Source: Candidatus Latescibacterota bacterium (GTDB lineage Bacteria > Latescibacterota > UBA2968 > UBA8231). Taken from it: a stretch of 64,000 nucleotides of DNA. Position 1 is the stretch's first letter, and each line of letters opens with the position of its first letter. Under the pieces are notes generated by a model. It had not been told where the DNA came from. It did no database searches and was given only the letters and a program-made list of their open reading frames with translations. The DNA lies in assembly GCA_965223905.1 (NCBI GenBank), contig CBDCXV010000010.1, positions 1,824,001 to 1,888,000 on the forward strand. Direction: 5' to 3'. This document shows, in pieces, positions 1 through 10,949 of the stretch. A program made the translations under genes and the position numbers.

Positions 1-890
1 GTGTTCGACAGCAAGGTCAGTGAGTTTCAGGCACCGGCCTTGCGCCAACTCCCCCGCTTGGCCGACTCCGGTCCGCGCGCTCGCTTGCCTGTTCTGCGGG
101 ATCTGGCCACGGAGAGAACCGGCTCTATCACAACGATGGCGCCTTGGACCTGTGGGTGTCGAGCTATGTAACCTCCTCCGATTTGGTCGCCGCCAGAACC
201 TCGGGTTGGAACATCCGGTTGAGCTTGCCCACCTCTACAGCGCGGAGACGGCAAGGGGGGCTTCCGGAACGTCCCCCCGAGCATGGCATGACCTTGATGA
301 CGTTGCCGATGGGCTGCAACTTCGGCGACCTTGCCAACGACGGCTGCCTCGACTTCTACCAGGGCACGGCCCACCCGGGGTACGAGGCGATACCGAATGT
401 GATGTACCGCAACCCTTGAAGGACCGTTTTAGCGGACGTGACCATGGCTGGCGGCTTCGGCCACCTGCAGAAGGGCCATGGAGTCCCCTTCACAGACCTC
501 GACTAAGGCGGTAACCAGTACATCTGCATTCAGATGGGGGGCGGCTTCACCGGAGACGCGTTCGGGAACGCGCTGTCGAGAATCCATAGTTCGACAACAA
601 TCGGATCAAAACGCGGCTTGCGGGTGTGGAGTCGAACCGGCCGGGGGTCGGGGCGCGCATCCGCTGCGAAATCCGGGCGGTAGAAGCGCCCTTCGGTGTA
701 CAATCACCTCAACAGCCGCGGGAGCTTCGGAACGACCCCATTCATGCAAGGTGATCGGGTTCGGAAAGGCACGCATATCGAGGTGCTGGAGGTCTACTGG
801 CGACGAGCGATCGGCTCCAGACCTGCCGCGAAGTCGCAGTTGACCAATCGATCCTCATCACCGAGGACGAGGACAGTTTCGAGCGCCTGC
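1..890 (+). pseudogene. Degraded CRTAC1-like FG-GAP/ASPIC-UnbV protein (C-terminal part)
   Basis: Fragments MGCNFGDLANDGCLDFY, DVTMAGGFGHLQKGHGV, GVESNRPGVGARI and IEVLEVYW are spread over several frames with internal stops. Confidence 0.7.
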
Positions 891-959
891 CGCGCCGAGA
901 AGCTGATGACCGACCGGCCACTCCTCAGGGCGGAAGCACGCAGCTGTAGATAGAAGGCT

Positions 960-1340
960 GTCTTGCACCGCAATGACAATCCGGCTACCCTCTTCGACGC
1001 CGGCGCGCTGCGCTCCTTCGACGCCGTCTGCCGGGCGGCAAGGGCAACAATAGGGCACACAATCATCGGCGACCCATGGCGGCCCTGCACTTCGCCCACA
1101 CGGTCGTGATGCACTGCCACATCCTCAAAGACCTGATTGACGCGCACGAAAACGGGCGGAGGACCATCGGCATCGTCGCCGTCACCGAGGCCTGCATCGA
1201 CATCGCCGAAAGTCACGATCATGGTGGTGCTTGGCTGGACATGCCGCTGGAGAATCGGGACCTGTACGTCTTTCACGACCAAGGCATTCGCGGGGATGGT
1301 TGCATCAGATATCATCGCGAGACAAACCATGCGCTAGCTT
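960..1340 (+). pseudogene. Chimeric remnant: multicopper-oxidase-like HCHIL motif joined to a Gfo/Idh/MocA-like C-terminus
   Basis: VVMHCHIL followed by DLIDAHENGR...TEACIDIAESH...LDMPLENRDLYVF; no full-length gene. Confidence 0.3.
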
Positions 1341-1343
1341 TCG

Positions 1344-3335
1344 ATGAAAGATCAGACACAACGGGCCCAAGCCGTCTTGGAGGCATCTGAGCCGAGACAG
1401 GGCGACATGTGGTCGATTACACCCCGCGGCTTCATCGTCGGATGCCTGATGGCAGCAACTATCGCCATCGCCGTCCCCTACGGCGGCATGGTCATCCAGG
1501 GTTCCCGCCTGGGTCTGAGTGCCTGTACCCCCGCCGCCTTCTTCCTCTTCTTCGTTTTTCTGCTCACGGTTCAGGTTGTCCTTGGAGTGCTAAATCGGGC
1601 GTGGCTCCTCAAGCCGGGAGAGCTGATCGTCGTTTTCATCATGATGACGATGGCCACCGCCATCCCAACCCGCGGCGTGGTAGGCATGCTCTTGCCCATG
1701 ATCACGGGCACGTTCTACTTCGCCACGCCGGAAAACAACTGGGCCGAGCTCATCCATCCCTTTCTGCAGGATTGGATGGTGCTTTTCGACGCGGATGCAG
1801 TCAAGGGATTTTACGAGGGCACGAGCTCCGAAATCCCATGGGGGTTGTGGGCACCACTGCTGCTGAGATGGCTGCTTTTCTTCGCCGCGTTCCACCTCAC
1901 CTTTCTGTGTTCCCTGGCGATTCTCAGACGCCAGTGGGTCGAGCATCAGCGCCTGGTTTTCCCTTTGGCTCAGGTCCCGCTGGCCATGATTCAGGCTGGC
2001 GAAAAAGCCGATTCCATCGTCAAGCCGTTCTTCAAGAATCCGGTAATGTGGGGCGGCTTCCTGCTCTCCTTCTGCCTGAACAGCACGAATGCGTTGCATC
2101 ACTACTTCGAGTCCATCCCCGCTCTCATGACCCAGTTCAGCACGGTCCTCTTCCGGGACCACGTCCCGCTGAGCTTTCGCATCAACTTCCTGATGTTCGG
2201 TTTCGCCTACTTCATCGGCTCCAACATCTCCTTCAGCCTCTGGTTCTTCTACGTCCTCCACTTGATCCAGGTCGGCGTCTTCAACATCGTCGGCATTACC
2301 AATCCGGAGAAACTCGGGCACTGGACCGATTCGGGCCCCGTGGGCGCCATCATTGCCCATCAGATGATGGGCGCCCTCACCGTCCTCGTCCTGTTTGGTC
2401 TGTGGACCGGGCGCTCCCACATCAAAGAAGTGCTGTGGAAAGCATGGGACAAAAACGCCCCCGTAGACGATTCGCGGGAGATCATGTCCTACCGGTTCGC
2501 CGTTTTCGGATTCCTCGTCGGGATCGGTACGATGTGGGTGTTCCTGTGGAAAACGGGTATTCCCGCCTGGATCGTACCGCTCTTCATCTTCGCAGCTCTC
2601 ATTATCTGGATCGGCTTGGCTCGAGCCGTCGCCGAGGCCGGCATTCCGACCATCACCCCAGCCATCGTGCCCGCCGGTTTTGTCATCTCCACCGTCGGCG
2701 TTCCTGCTCTGGGGATAAAGGGCATGGTCGCCACGGGAATGACACTCACCTGGGGAGGGGATCTTCTCGCCTTCATCACCGCTCCCATGACCAATGCCAT
2801 CCGTCTGGGCAGCGAAGTGACCAGGCACAGACGTGTCGTGTTCAGCGCCATGGCAACTGCCCTGCTCATCAGCTTGGTCCTCTCTGCTTGCTTCCTCGTG
2901 TACCTCGCCTATCGGGACGGCGCACTGAATCTGCATTCCCAGTACTTCACAGGCTTTGCCCGTGCCCCCTCACAGCTGGCCGTCATGAAGCTCAACGCCC
3001 CCACCGGTCCCAACCTGGTGGGGTGGCTGTGGACAGGCGCCGGCGGCCTGATTATGGCCGCCTTGATGTTTGCCCGCCACTTTTTTGTATGGTGGCCCTT
3101 CCACCCCATCGGTTTTGCCGCCAGTGCGAGCTGGGCGCTGGATGCAACTTGGCTTTCCATCTTTTTTGCCTGGCTGATCAAGGTCATCGTTTTGCAGTTC
3201 GGTGGTCCAACCATATACGAGAAGACCAAGCCGTTTTTCATGGGAATCATCATGGGGCAGTTCGTGGTGGGCGGGTTCTGGGTGATCGTCGACGCCTTCA
3301 CCGGCATGCGGGGCAACGTCATCCGGGTGTACTGA
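1344..3335 (+). CDS. DUF6785/DUF6784-like polytopic membrane protein (putative transporter), copy 1
   Basis: 663 aa, many TM segments; motifs YFATPENNW, ILRRQW, DDSREIMSYR, WWPFHPIGF and GGxxxYxKxxPFFxG shared with four paralogues in the window. Confidence 0.85.
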   Translation: MKDQTQRAQAVLEASEPRQGDMWSITPRGFIVGCLMAATIAIAVPYGGMVIQGSRLGLSACTPAAFFLFFVFLLTVQVVLGVLNRAWLLKPGELIVVFIMMTMATAIPTRGVVGMLLPMITGTFYFATPENNWAELIHPFLQDWMVLFDADAVKGFYEGTSSEIPWGLWAPLLLRWLLFFAAFHLTFLCSLAILRRQWVEHQRLVFPLAQVPLAMIQAGEKADSIVKPFFKNPVMWGGFLLSFCLNSTNALHHYFESIPALMTQFSTVLFRDHVPLSFRINFLMFGFAYFIGSNISFSLWFFYVLHLIQVGVFNIVGITNPEKLGHWTDSGPVGAIIAHQMMGALTVLVLFGLWTGRSHIKEVLWKAWDKNAPVDDSREIMSYRFAVFGFLVGIGTMWVFLWKTGIPAWIVPLFIFAALIIWIGLARAVAEAGIPTITPAIVPAGFVISTVGVPALGIKGMVATGMTLTWGGDLLAFITAPMTNAIRLGSEVTRHRRVVFSAMATALLISLVLSACFLVYLAYRDGALNLHSQYFTGFARAPSQLAVMKLNAPTGPNLVGWLWTGAGGLIMAALMFARHFFVWWPFHPIGFAASASWALDATWLSIFFAWLIKVIVLQFGGPTIYEKTKPFFMGIIMGQFVVGGFWVIVDAFTGMRGNVIRVY

Positions 3336-3378
3336 CGCGCTTGCGGGCACATGATCACCTTCTATGACACACCGATCC

Positions 3379-4047
3379 TCAAGGCGTTAAAAAAGCCTCC
3401 GGCTCCAGCACCGCTGTCGTGAACCGGGCTTTTCGGATGGCGCCTTTGTACCAATACACCTTGTTGATGCGCACGCCCAGCGATGTTCCGCCCTGCGTCT
3501 GCGCCTCAAACATGACGTCGCAGGACATTTCAAATCTGCCGTTGACATAATGACGCATTTCTTTGCCGTCTAAAACGATTGCTGCGTGATACCAGGGGCC
3601 TATGGGGTGCTTGAAGTCCTTTGCATAGAGGGTGTAGTTGTTTTCGCCAGATTTCACAAAGGTATCCAGGAACCAATAGTCGTCGTCGGTGAGGCGGGTT
3701 TCGAACATCACGCGATCTTCGCTGTCGTCTTCTTGCATGTGGAAGAAGCGTTGCTCTTTCAGGCCATTCGGGTAGGGCTGGAAGATGACTTCAACGGTAA
3801 AGACCTCGGCGCCGGCCAAGGGATGCGTGGGCAGGAAGATGCCGTCATCATCGCCGTCAAACTCCAGGGCCTTTCCGTTTGTTGTTACGATCACCTTCGG
3901 ATTGCCCACCACTTCCACTTTATGCCCGCTGACTGTCTCCAGATTGTCCAGTTCCCAGACCACCTGTTTCACAAGCTTTCCCTCCTGGCCACCTGTGGAC
4001 GACACGCAGGCCAAGCCCAGAAATAAGCACAACATCCAGCCTTTCAC
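3379..4047 (-). CDS. Secreted LamG/concanavalin-A-like domain protein
   Basis: Signal peptide from GTG at 4047; GKALEFDG, FTVEVIF, WYHAAIVLDG...HYVNG and YKGAIRKARF are LamG motifs. Confidence 0.8.
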   Translation of the reverse strand: MKGWMLCLFLGLACVSSTGGQEGKLVKQVVWELDNLETVSGHKVEVVGNPKVIVTTNGKALEFDGDDDGIFLPTHPLAGAEVFTVEVIFQPYPNGLKEQRFFHMQEDDSEDRVMFETRLTDDDYWFLDTFVKSGENNYTLYAKDFKHPIGPWYHAAIVLDGKEMRHYVNGRFEMSCDVMFEAQTQGGTSLGVRINKVYWYKGAIRKARFTTAVLEPEAFLTP

Positions 4048-4087
4048 GAATTCGCCTTTCCCATCGGTACTCTTAAATGGCTTGGCT

Positions 4088-5785
4088 TCAGAGCCCCTCT
4101 TCGACCACTGAATAGGCATTTATTGGCAGATCCGTCAAACGCTGCAGGGTCCCTCCCGGCCAATGAACATGAAGCGAATCGACTGCTGTTGCCTGGCCCA
4201 AGCCAAAGTGCAGACGCCGATCGCTGCTGCTCAAAAAACTGTCGCCGCAGAGCACATCCCGCCTTTGCTGCTGTCCCCCACTCCACAAGTACACCTTGGC
4301 CCCAACCCCCTGGCTATTGGCCCCTACCCCCACCAGAGACAGCCCCAGCCAATTGTGCTGCCCAACAGCGACGTTGCGCAACAGCGTCGGCCGCTCGTTG
4401 AGATTGGTTACGAAGAGGTCCAGGCGACCATCGTTGTCAAAATCTCCCGCTACCGCACCCCGACTTACTGCTCCAGTTCGGGCCGCCCCTGCCGCCGGCC
4501 ACACCAAGGTAAAATGGCCGCCGTCGTTGTCGTAAAGGTGGTTGGCTTGCCCGTAGGTAGTAGGACTTCCCGTCACCTCGACCTGGGGATAGACATGGCC
4601 GTTGGCGACAAAGAGATCCAAGTCCGCGTCGTTGTCATAGTCGATAAAAACCGTTCCGAAGCCCACAAGGGGTAGACTGGTGCGGGCGAGACCCACGGCA
4701 AAGCTAATGTCTTTAAAAGTGCCGTCCCCCCCATTGCGGTAGAGGGTGTTGTAATCGTCCTCAAAATTGCTGACGAAGAGATCGGCCGCCCCATCGTTGT
4801 CGTAGTCGCCAAAAGCCACCCCCATCCCGGCCTGGGGCAGTCCCATTTCGTTAAAGGCCGCATTAGCCTGCAGACCAATCTCGAAAAAGGTGCCATCGCC
4901 GTTGTTGCGGTAGAGGAAATTGGGCGTCGAGTCGTTGGCGATGTATAGATCGGCATCGCCGTCGCTGTCGAGGTCGGCGAACAGCACCCCAAACCCGTAA
5001 CCTGGTTCCTCTTGCCCGACCCCACTGGACGCGGTGATGTTGGCAAAGGTGCCATCACTATTATTGCGAAAGAGCAGGTCGGGCACCGCCGGCAAGCTCA
5101 AAGGGCCGACAAAGACATCTTTGCCTTTCCACTGCGTTCCCAAGGGCCGAATGGCTTCTAACTCGAAATCGGCATAGTTGGCCACGTATAGATCCAGGTC
5201 GCCGTCCAGATCGCAATCTCCCATAGCCGCGCCGGTACTCCACTCCGGCGCTTCCACTCCCGCCTGAGTCGTCACATCGGCAAAGTCCCCTTTGCCATCG
5301 TTGCGGTAGAGGATATTCTGCTGCAGGCAGGTGACATACAAATCGACATCGCCGTCGTTGTCGTAGTCGGCACTCAGCGCCCCCATTCCCCAGCCGTAGC
5401 CCGGCGCGCCCTGCGCTGTGGCCACATCGGCAAAGCCCCTTTCGCCGTCGTTGCGGTAGAGGGCATTGCCCCCGCCTTGCCCCGGGTCTTCCAGCTGGGC
5501 GCCATTGACCCAATAGATGTCCAGATCGCCGTCGCCCTCGGCATCCAACAATGCTGCACCTCCGCCTTTAGCCTCGACGATATATCGCTTTTCCGAGCCA
5601 CCGCCCATATGGCGACGGGTCACGCCCCACGCCGCCGACATATCGACAAAAGGGCCATGCGCATCTGTTGCGGTTGACGCGGGAAGATTGGCTGGTGGAG
5701 TGGATTGAGAACAGGTTGCCAAAGCGAACAACGCCATAGCGAGGGGGGCGGATAATCCGCTCGGACCTTTTCCAGCTGTTGACAT
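4088..5785 (-). CDS. CRTAC1-family FG-GAP repeat + ASPIC/UnbV protein
   Basis: Multiple DxDNDGxxDL repeats, LYRNxGDGTF, C-terminal GVGAKV...LHFGLG...VHWPGG. Confidence 0.9.
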   Translation of the reverse strand: MSTAGKGPSGLSAPLAMALFALATCSQSTPPANLPASTATDAHGPFVDMSAAWGVTRRHMGGGSEKRYIVEAKGGGAALLDAEGDGDLDIYWVNGAQLEDPGQGGGNALYRNDGERGFADVATAQGAPGYGWGMGALSADYDNDGDVDLYVTCLQQNILYRNDGKGDFADVTTQAGVEAPEWSTGAAMGDCDLDGDLDLYVANYADFELEAIRPLGTQWKGKDVFVGPLSLPAVPDLLFRNNSDGTFANITASSGVGQEEPGYGFGVLFADLDSDGDADLYIANDSTPNFLYRNNGDGTFFEIGLQANAAFNEMGLPQAGMGVAFGDYDNDGAADLFVSNFEDDYNTLYRNGGDGTFKDISFAVGLARTSLPLVGFGTVFIDYDNDADLDLFVANGHVYPQVEVTGSPTTYGQANHLYDNDGGHFTLVWPAAGAARTGAVSRGAVAGDFDNDGRLDLFVTNLNERPTLLRNVAVGQHNWLGLSLVGVGANSQGVGAKVYLWSGGQQQRRDVLCGDSFLSSSDRRLHFGLGQATAVDSLHVHWPGGTLQRLTDLPINAYSVVEEGL

Positions 5786-5882
5786 AAAATTCCTGACGCC
5801 CTCTTGACACTCCGGCAGAGAGTGTAGTACTTGCGCTTTTACAGTCACCCGCCGGAAGGGGCTCCCCGGAGGAATCCATTAA

Positions 5883-7853
5883 GTGCAGTCCCCGAGGCTA
5901 TTTCTCATTGCCTTGACGTGCCTGATCGCCGCCTGCGGCGCTGACGATGGCCTTGTTGTCGCCGAGGTCGACAGCTACTCCATCACCGCTCCAGCTCTCC
6001 GGACCTACGTCGAACGACTTCCACTAAACCTCCATTTTGTCGCCGGCGATTCAACCGCGAAGCGCCAATACCTCCAGGCGCTCATCGACCGCCGACTTCT
6101 GCTCTTAGAAGCCCGGGCCCGCGGCTTGGACACCACGGGCGCCGTGGGACAAGCCCAAGCGACCGACGACAGCCTCGGGCGCGAAAATCTCCTGCTCGAA
6201 GCCCTGAAAAACACCGTTGGCGATCCATCCCTTTCCGAGGCTGAAATCCGCCGCTTCTACCGCAACCATCCCGAACTTTTCTACGACGAATCCACCCAGG
6301 CACCACAACCATACGAAAAAGCCGAGGCTCGTGCCCGCAGCCTTTTGTTGAGCCAGCGCAGCGAAACAGACCTGCAACTGCTTTTGGCCCAGGTGCGGCA
6401 CAAATACCACCAGCAGGTCCGCGTCTACCCCGACCGCCTCGAGCGTGCCCTGAGCGATTCCCTGCTCCAAACCAGTGACCAGCGGCGCGCGGTCCAGCTC
6501 AGCCGCCGCGGCGGCGCTTTACTGCAGCAGGGCCGGCCGCGCCGAGCCCTCACCGCGTTGGAGCGGGCCATAGCATTTGACCCTGCTTTGGACAAAGCTC
6601 ACTTCAATCGCGGCCTTGCCCACGCCCGCCTCAGCCAACACGACCAGGCCCTGGCCGCCTTCGAACGGGCCATCGAACTCAATCCCCACATCGCCGATTA
6701 CTACTACGCACTAGGCACCACCCTGCATGCCCAACACCGCTACGCCGAAGCGGCTACTCACTTGCAAAGAGCAATCGAGTTGGCCCCAGACCAACCCCAC
6801 TACCACTTTCGCCTGGGAGAGGCTTTTCGCTCCCTTATCGCCCTCGAAGAGGCTCGAAGAGCCTACGCCGCCGCCCTGCGTCTGCAACCGGACCTAAGCG
6901 ATGCCCGCTACCGGTACAGCGACCTGCTCGGCCGCAGCGGCGACTTGGTGGGGGCGGCCGCGGGCTTTGAACGCATCCTCGTCCAAGAGCCGCGCAATGT
7001 CTCGGCCCTTGTCGGACTGGCCTGGGTCCACACCAAAGCTGAACAGCACCACCGAGCCGTCCAATCCCTGCAACAGGCCACCCGCCTGGCGCCCGACAAT
7101 GCCAACGCCCACTATCTTTTGAGCCAGGCCTACGCCCAAATCGATCAGCAAGCCCAAGCCGATTCCGTACTGGCAATTTTCAAGCGCCTGAGCACCGCCG
7201 AGCGCCACTACAACGAGGGCGTCAAGAACATCAAACGAAGAAACTGGAGTCGGGCCAGCGCCCTTTTGACCCAGGCTATCCAGATCGATTCCACCCACCT
7301 GCAGGCCTATGTCCGCCTGGGCAAGGTGCATCTCTACCAAAATGCTGCGGACAAAGGCATCGCTGTTTTGGCGCGGGCCCTCGACCTCGATTCCAGCAAC
7401 GTCGAAGTCCGCTGCCTTCTGGGCGAAGCGCATCTTGTAAGAGAAAGACCCGACTCGGCCCAGCATTTCTTTGCCGGCGCTCTTGACCTGGATTCTACCT
7501 CGGTGCGGGCGCACTACGGCCGGGGCCAAGCGGCCTATCAAAGCGGCGCCTGGGCCGCCGCGGTAGCCGCCTTCCAAGCAGCGCTAACCATCGATGCCGA
7601 CCACCGCGACACCTACTACCAGTTGGGCCTGACTTACTTGAAGCTGGGCAAACACCGCAAGGCGGCATACAGCCTGCAGCAATGTCTCGAGATCGACCCT
7701 GACGATGTTCAGGCCAACTACGCACTGGGCACTTTGTATATGCATTACGGCGAACCGCAGCTGGCACGGCGGGCCTTCGACAAAGTGCTCGAGCAAGACC
7801 CCAACTACGCAAAAGCGCGAGAGAAGCGGGCGCAACTCGAGCACGAAAACTGA
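5883..7853 (+). CDS. Lipoprotein with a SurA-N-like domain and many TPRs
   Basis: Lipobox LIAAC; VVAEVD..I...LIDRRLLLLEARARGLD; repeated AHFNRG/YYALG...AIELxP TPR units. Confidence 0.85.
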   Translation: MQSPRLFLIALTCLIAACGADDGLVVAEVDSYSITAPALRTYVERLPLNLHFVAGDSTAKRQYLQALIDRRLLLLEARARGLDTTGAVGQAQATDDSLGRENLLLEALKNTVGDPSLSEAEIRRFYRNHPELFYDESTQAPQPYEKAEARARSLLLSQRSETDLQLLLAQVRHKYHQQVRVYPDRLERALSDSLLQTSDQRRAVQLSRRGGALLQQGRPRRALTALERAIAFDPALDKAHFNRGLAHARLSQHDQALAAFERAIELNPHIADYYYALGTTLHAQHRYAEAATHLQRAIELAPDQPHYHFRLGEAFRSLIALEEARRAYAAALRLQPDLSDARYRYSDLLGRSGDLVGAAAGFERILVQEPRNVSALVGLAWVHTKAEQHHRAVQSLQQATRLAPDNANAHYLLSQAYAQIDQQAQADSVLAIFKRLSTAERHYNEGVKNIKRRNWSRASALLTQAIQIDSTHLQAYVRLGKVHLYQNAADKGIAVLARALDLDSSNVEVRCLLGEAHLVRERPDSAQHFFAGALDLDSTSVRAHYGRGQAAYQSGAWAAAVAAFQAALTIDADHRDTYYQLGLTYLKLGKHRKAAYSLQQCLEIDPDDVQANYALGTLYMHYGEPQLARRAFDKVLEQDPNYAKAREKRAQLEHEN

Positions 7854-7926
7854 AATGGCGGGAGTGGGGGTCGGGGACGCGGTCGGCCTGGCCGCTTCGC
7901 TCGCCGGCAGCGAAAACTGGCTGGTG

Positions 7927-9876
7927 CTAGTTCTCTTCAATCCACAACACTCGGTTGATTTCCGAGCTGCCAGCGAGGGTTTGTTTCTTGCCGTTGGCCC
8001 ACGTGACTTCGATCGAAGAATACTCGTTGTTTTCACCTAGACCAAGGTAAAGAGGATAGTCACTGTGAGATATAAAGCCAGATTTGCCGTCGTAGACCCG
8101 GTGAAGTTTTTGCCCATCTGGCAAGGCCACCTCAATTCTTGTGCCGATACCGCTGCGATTGTTTTCCACCCCTCTAAACCTCAACTTCAGATAGTTGATG
8201 CTCTTCTTGTCGGCTAGGTTACTTATGAGAATTTGAGGGTGAGAGTAGTTCTCATTGGTAACAATATCGAGATCACCGTCATTATCTAAATCGAAAATCG
8301 CTGACGAGCGGGAGCCAAGCGATCCGAAAACCGTAATAACACCTTCGTGTTTTCCTTCACAGTCGAACTTGACGTACTCGGTTGCACAATCGCGGGTAAA
8401 AATTGGGATCTTTGTTTTTTCATCCTTACGTGGTTCGATATTCAAGAGGCCAGCTACCTCGACAAAACTCTCGCCTCGCTGATTGAGCCGCAGGGAATTC
8501 GGCCAGTACCGCCATGGGTAATTCATACTGGCAGTGATAAAAACGTCCTCAAAGCCATCGGCGTTGACATCTTCAACACTCACGCCCCATGGCCAGTAGT
8601 TTTCGAGGCCCAGTTCATCGGATTTTTCTCGATAAAACACCCCGTCCTTGCCCTTGGCACCCTCAAAAAAGGCGTTTCCCCAAATAACCTGCTTGTCCTC
8701 TAGCTTCTTCAAGAAGTGTTGCTTCAGCTTTTCTTTGGGCACTTGCGAGACGGCGATATCAGATTTCAGGTTTCTTTGAGAGGGCTTAAAACTGGCCCTC
8801 GCGCTCGGTCGCCGAGGATTTGCCCAGATCATATCAGCGTGCATGTCGGTGACAAAAAGATCGAAAAGGCCATCATTGTTATAGTCGAAGCTGTTGATAC
8901 CTTGAGACCCGTGTGGGTTCTTCGGAAAATACTCTTGCGTCATGCGCTGAAAAGATTTTCCATTCTGATTGATGAAAGCTTCGTCGCGGCGATGCATGTC
9001 CAACACATAGAGATCCATCCACCCGTCCTGATTGACGTCCATTATAGTGGCATCCCCCGACCACATCTGATCGCTCAATCCGACTTTTTCAGTGACGTCT
9101 ACAAATGTGCCATTGACGTTTTGGTAGAGCTTGTTGCTTTCAAAAGTTCCCTCACGCATATGTAACATCGGCGCCTGGACGACGGGAATGTAATATCCGT
9201 CTGTTTCGTCTTTTTTTCTCCCGGTAAACTTGCCAGTATTCAAAACGTAGAGGTCGAGCCAGCCATCGCCATCATAGTCAAAAAACACTGGCGCCGATGA
9301 ATGAAGGTGCGAATCCAGCCCCACCTCTTCAGTCACGTCTCTAAAAGTTCCATCACCTTGATTGGCGAACAGGATATTGCCAATTCGCGTGGTAGTGACA
9401 TACAGATCAGGGTCGCCGTCATTGTCGTAGTCAGCAAATCCGGCGCTGGCGGCGATCTTGCCGTCAGTGCCCACGCCAGCTGACTCTGTAACATTCTCAA
9501 ATTTTCCGCCACCAACATTTCGCCACAATTGGCTGCTGCCGATATGACTGACAAAGTAAATGTCAAGCCAGCCATCGTTGTCGTAATCAGCAATGGCGAG
9601 GCCATTCTCGTGGCGATAGTAGAAAATCCTGCCGCCCGTTTTCAGGAGATCGACCATGGTCTGGTGTTTGAAATCTATGCCTGATTCCGGACGGCGGTCT
9701 TCAAACTGAAACTGGTTGAATGCCAGCATCTTGTTGCGGTTCTCAATCTGTTCGCTCTTGATTTCCTTGATCCAGTTGTCGTCGCTACCAAAGCCCTTGA
9801 ATTGTTCTTCTGGATCGGAGCAGGCGGTGACGGTCGCCGTGACTATCGACAGGTGAATGAGAGGTTTTTTGCTCAT
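7927..9876 (-). CDS. CRTAC1-family FG-GAP/ASPIC-UnbV lipoprotein with lower GC
   Basis: TVTAC lipobox; DYDNDGWLD repeats; NRSGIGTRI...YLGLG...VTWANG; visibly more AT-rich codons. Confidence 0.9.
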   Translation of the reverse strand: MSKKPLIHLSIVTATVTACSDPEEQFKGFGSDDNWIKEIKSEQIENRNKMLAFNQFQFEDRRPESGIDFKHQTMVDLLKTGGRIFYYRHENGLAIADYDNDGWLDIYFVSHIGSSQLWRNVGGGKFENVTESAGVGTDGKIAASAGFADYDNDGDPDLYVTTTRIGNILFANQGDGTFRDVTEEVGLDSHLHSSAPVFFDYDGDGWLDLYVLNTGKFTGRKKDETDGYYIPVVQAPMLHMREGTFESNKLYQNVNGTFVDVTEKVGLSDQMWSGDATIMDVNQDGWMDLYVLDMHRRDEAFINQNGKSFQRMTQEYFPKNPHGSQGINSFDYNNDGLFDLFVTDMHADMIWANPRRPSARASFKPSQRNLKSDIAVSQVPKEKLKQHFLKKLEDKQVIWGNAFFEGAKGKDGVFYREKSDELGLENYWPWGVSVEDVNADGFEDVFITASMNYPWRYWPNSLRLNQRGESFVEVAGLLNIEPRKDEKTKIPIFTRDCATEYVKFDCEGKHEGVITVFGSLGSRSSAIFDLDNDGDLDIVTNENYSHPQILISNLADKKSINYLKLRFRGVENNRSGIGTRIEVALPDGQKLHRVYDGKSGFISHSDYPLYLGLGENNEYSSIEVTWANGKKQTLAGSSEINRVLWIEEN

Positions 9877-10949
9877 TAGAATGACCTCAAGAGAGGGTTG
9901 ATGCTTCCTATCTAGTGGTTATCCGAGCCCACTGTCAAACGGGCGGAGTGGGCGACTAGGCGGCTGTTTCAGGGCTGTGGTGGCAGCGGCTGCTACGACT
10001 CCCAGGTACGTTCTCAGCGCGCTGAGATGTCCCGCGCTTCGCCCTGTCTCGTATCGAGGGCAAGGGCAAGATGATTGGCGCCGTGCCTGGATTCGAGGCG
10101 CAACGCCGTCGTGTCCTGAACAGCCGGACTGCTGCCGGGGCCCTCGAAAACCTCCCGTCCGTTCCCCCACCCCTTCACCAGACCATCGTAGCCGAGGTGG
10201 ACGTCGACCAGGTCCCCTGGCCCCACTTCGATGTCCACGACAAAGTATACGAGTCCGCCGCGGCTTTCGATGACGTTTCCGGCATCGATGAAGTTGTAGC
10301 CCGGCGTATGAGGAATACCATCCTCGGGCATACGCACCGGACGAATTTCAACGAGCCCGCCTCCGGATCCGGCTCAGGTGCCGCCTCGAGGCCGCGATGG
10401 GTCTCCACCAGATCACTGACCAGCATTTCGTCGATTAAATCGGCTCCGAAGAGGACGTCGGCTACGTAGATGTCCGGCTTCGTCCACTGGCCCAGCTTCG
10501 GGTCTTCGTTGGCGATGGCGTTGCTGTAGAGCTGAGGGAAAACCGATGGCTGTTATCCGGGCGGCGGGCGACGCCCATGTAGGAGTTGTCCGGGTGAGGC
10601 CCGGAGGGCAGCACGCAAATCAGGAAACATTCACCATCGATGACCCTGAAGATGCCCGTGTGTGCGGCATGGTCTTCTTCCTCGTGTATGCGGATGTCGA
10701 TCTGGTCCCAGCGGCCCGAGATGTAGACCCGGCCATCTACGGTCCAGCAGGCGGGACCGGTCACACTGACCTCCAGTTGCTGCATATCCCACTTCTCGAA
10801 CGGGTGTTGGCTGTGGCACAGTTTGGGTTTCTTGAGGCCGCTTTCGCACCGCATGAGCATCGTGGCCGTGCCGTCAGGCAGGATTTCCAGATAGCATTCG
10901 TTCGCCATGTCCTCCGATGAATCGTTTATTGGTCGGACATCGCCCAGTT

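Noticed and set aside
1409-3367. Long alternative-frame and antisense ORFs (also 23375-24997, 34322-35923, 42643-44631, 49860-51434)
   Set aside because: Shadow ORFs expected from high-GC codon bias; no recognisable motifs
5324-5331. Other CAGGCAGG/CCTGCCTG octamers (also ~10875, ~25486, ~41130) as further hairpin inserts
   Set aside because: They lack the complementary arm and read as normal coding sequence
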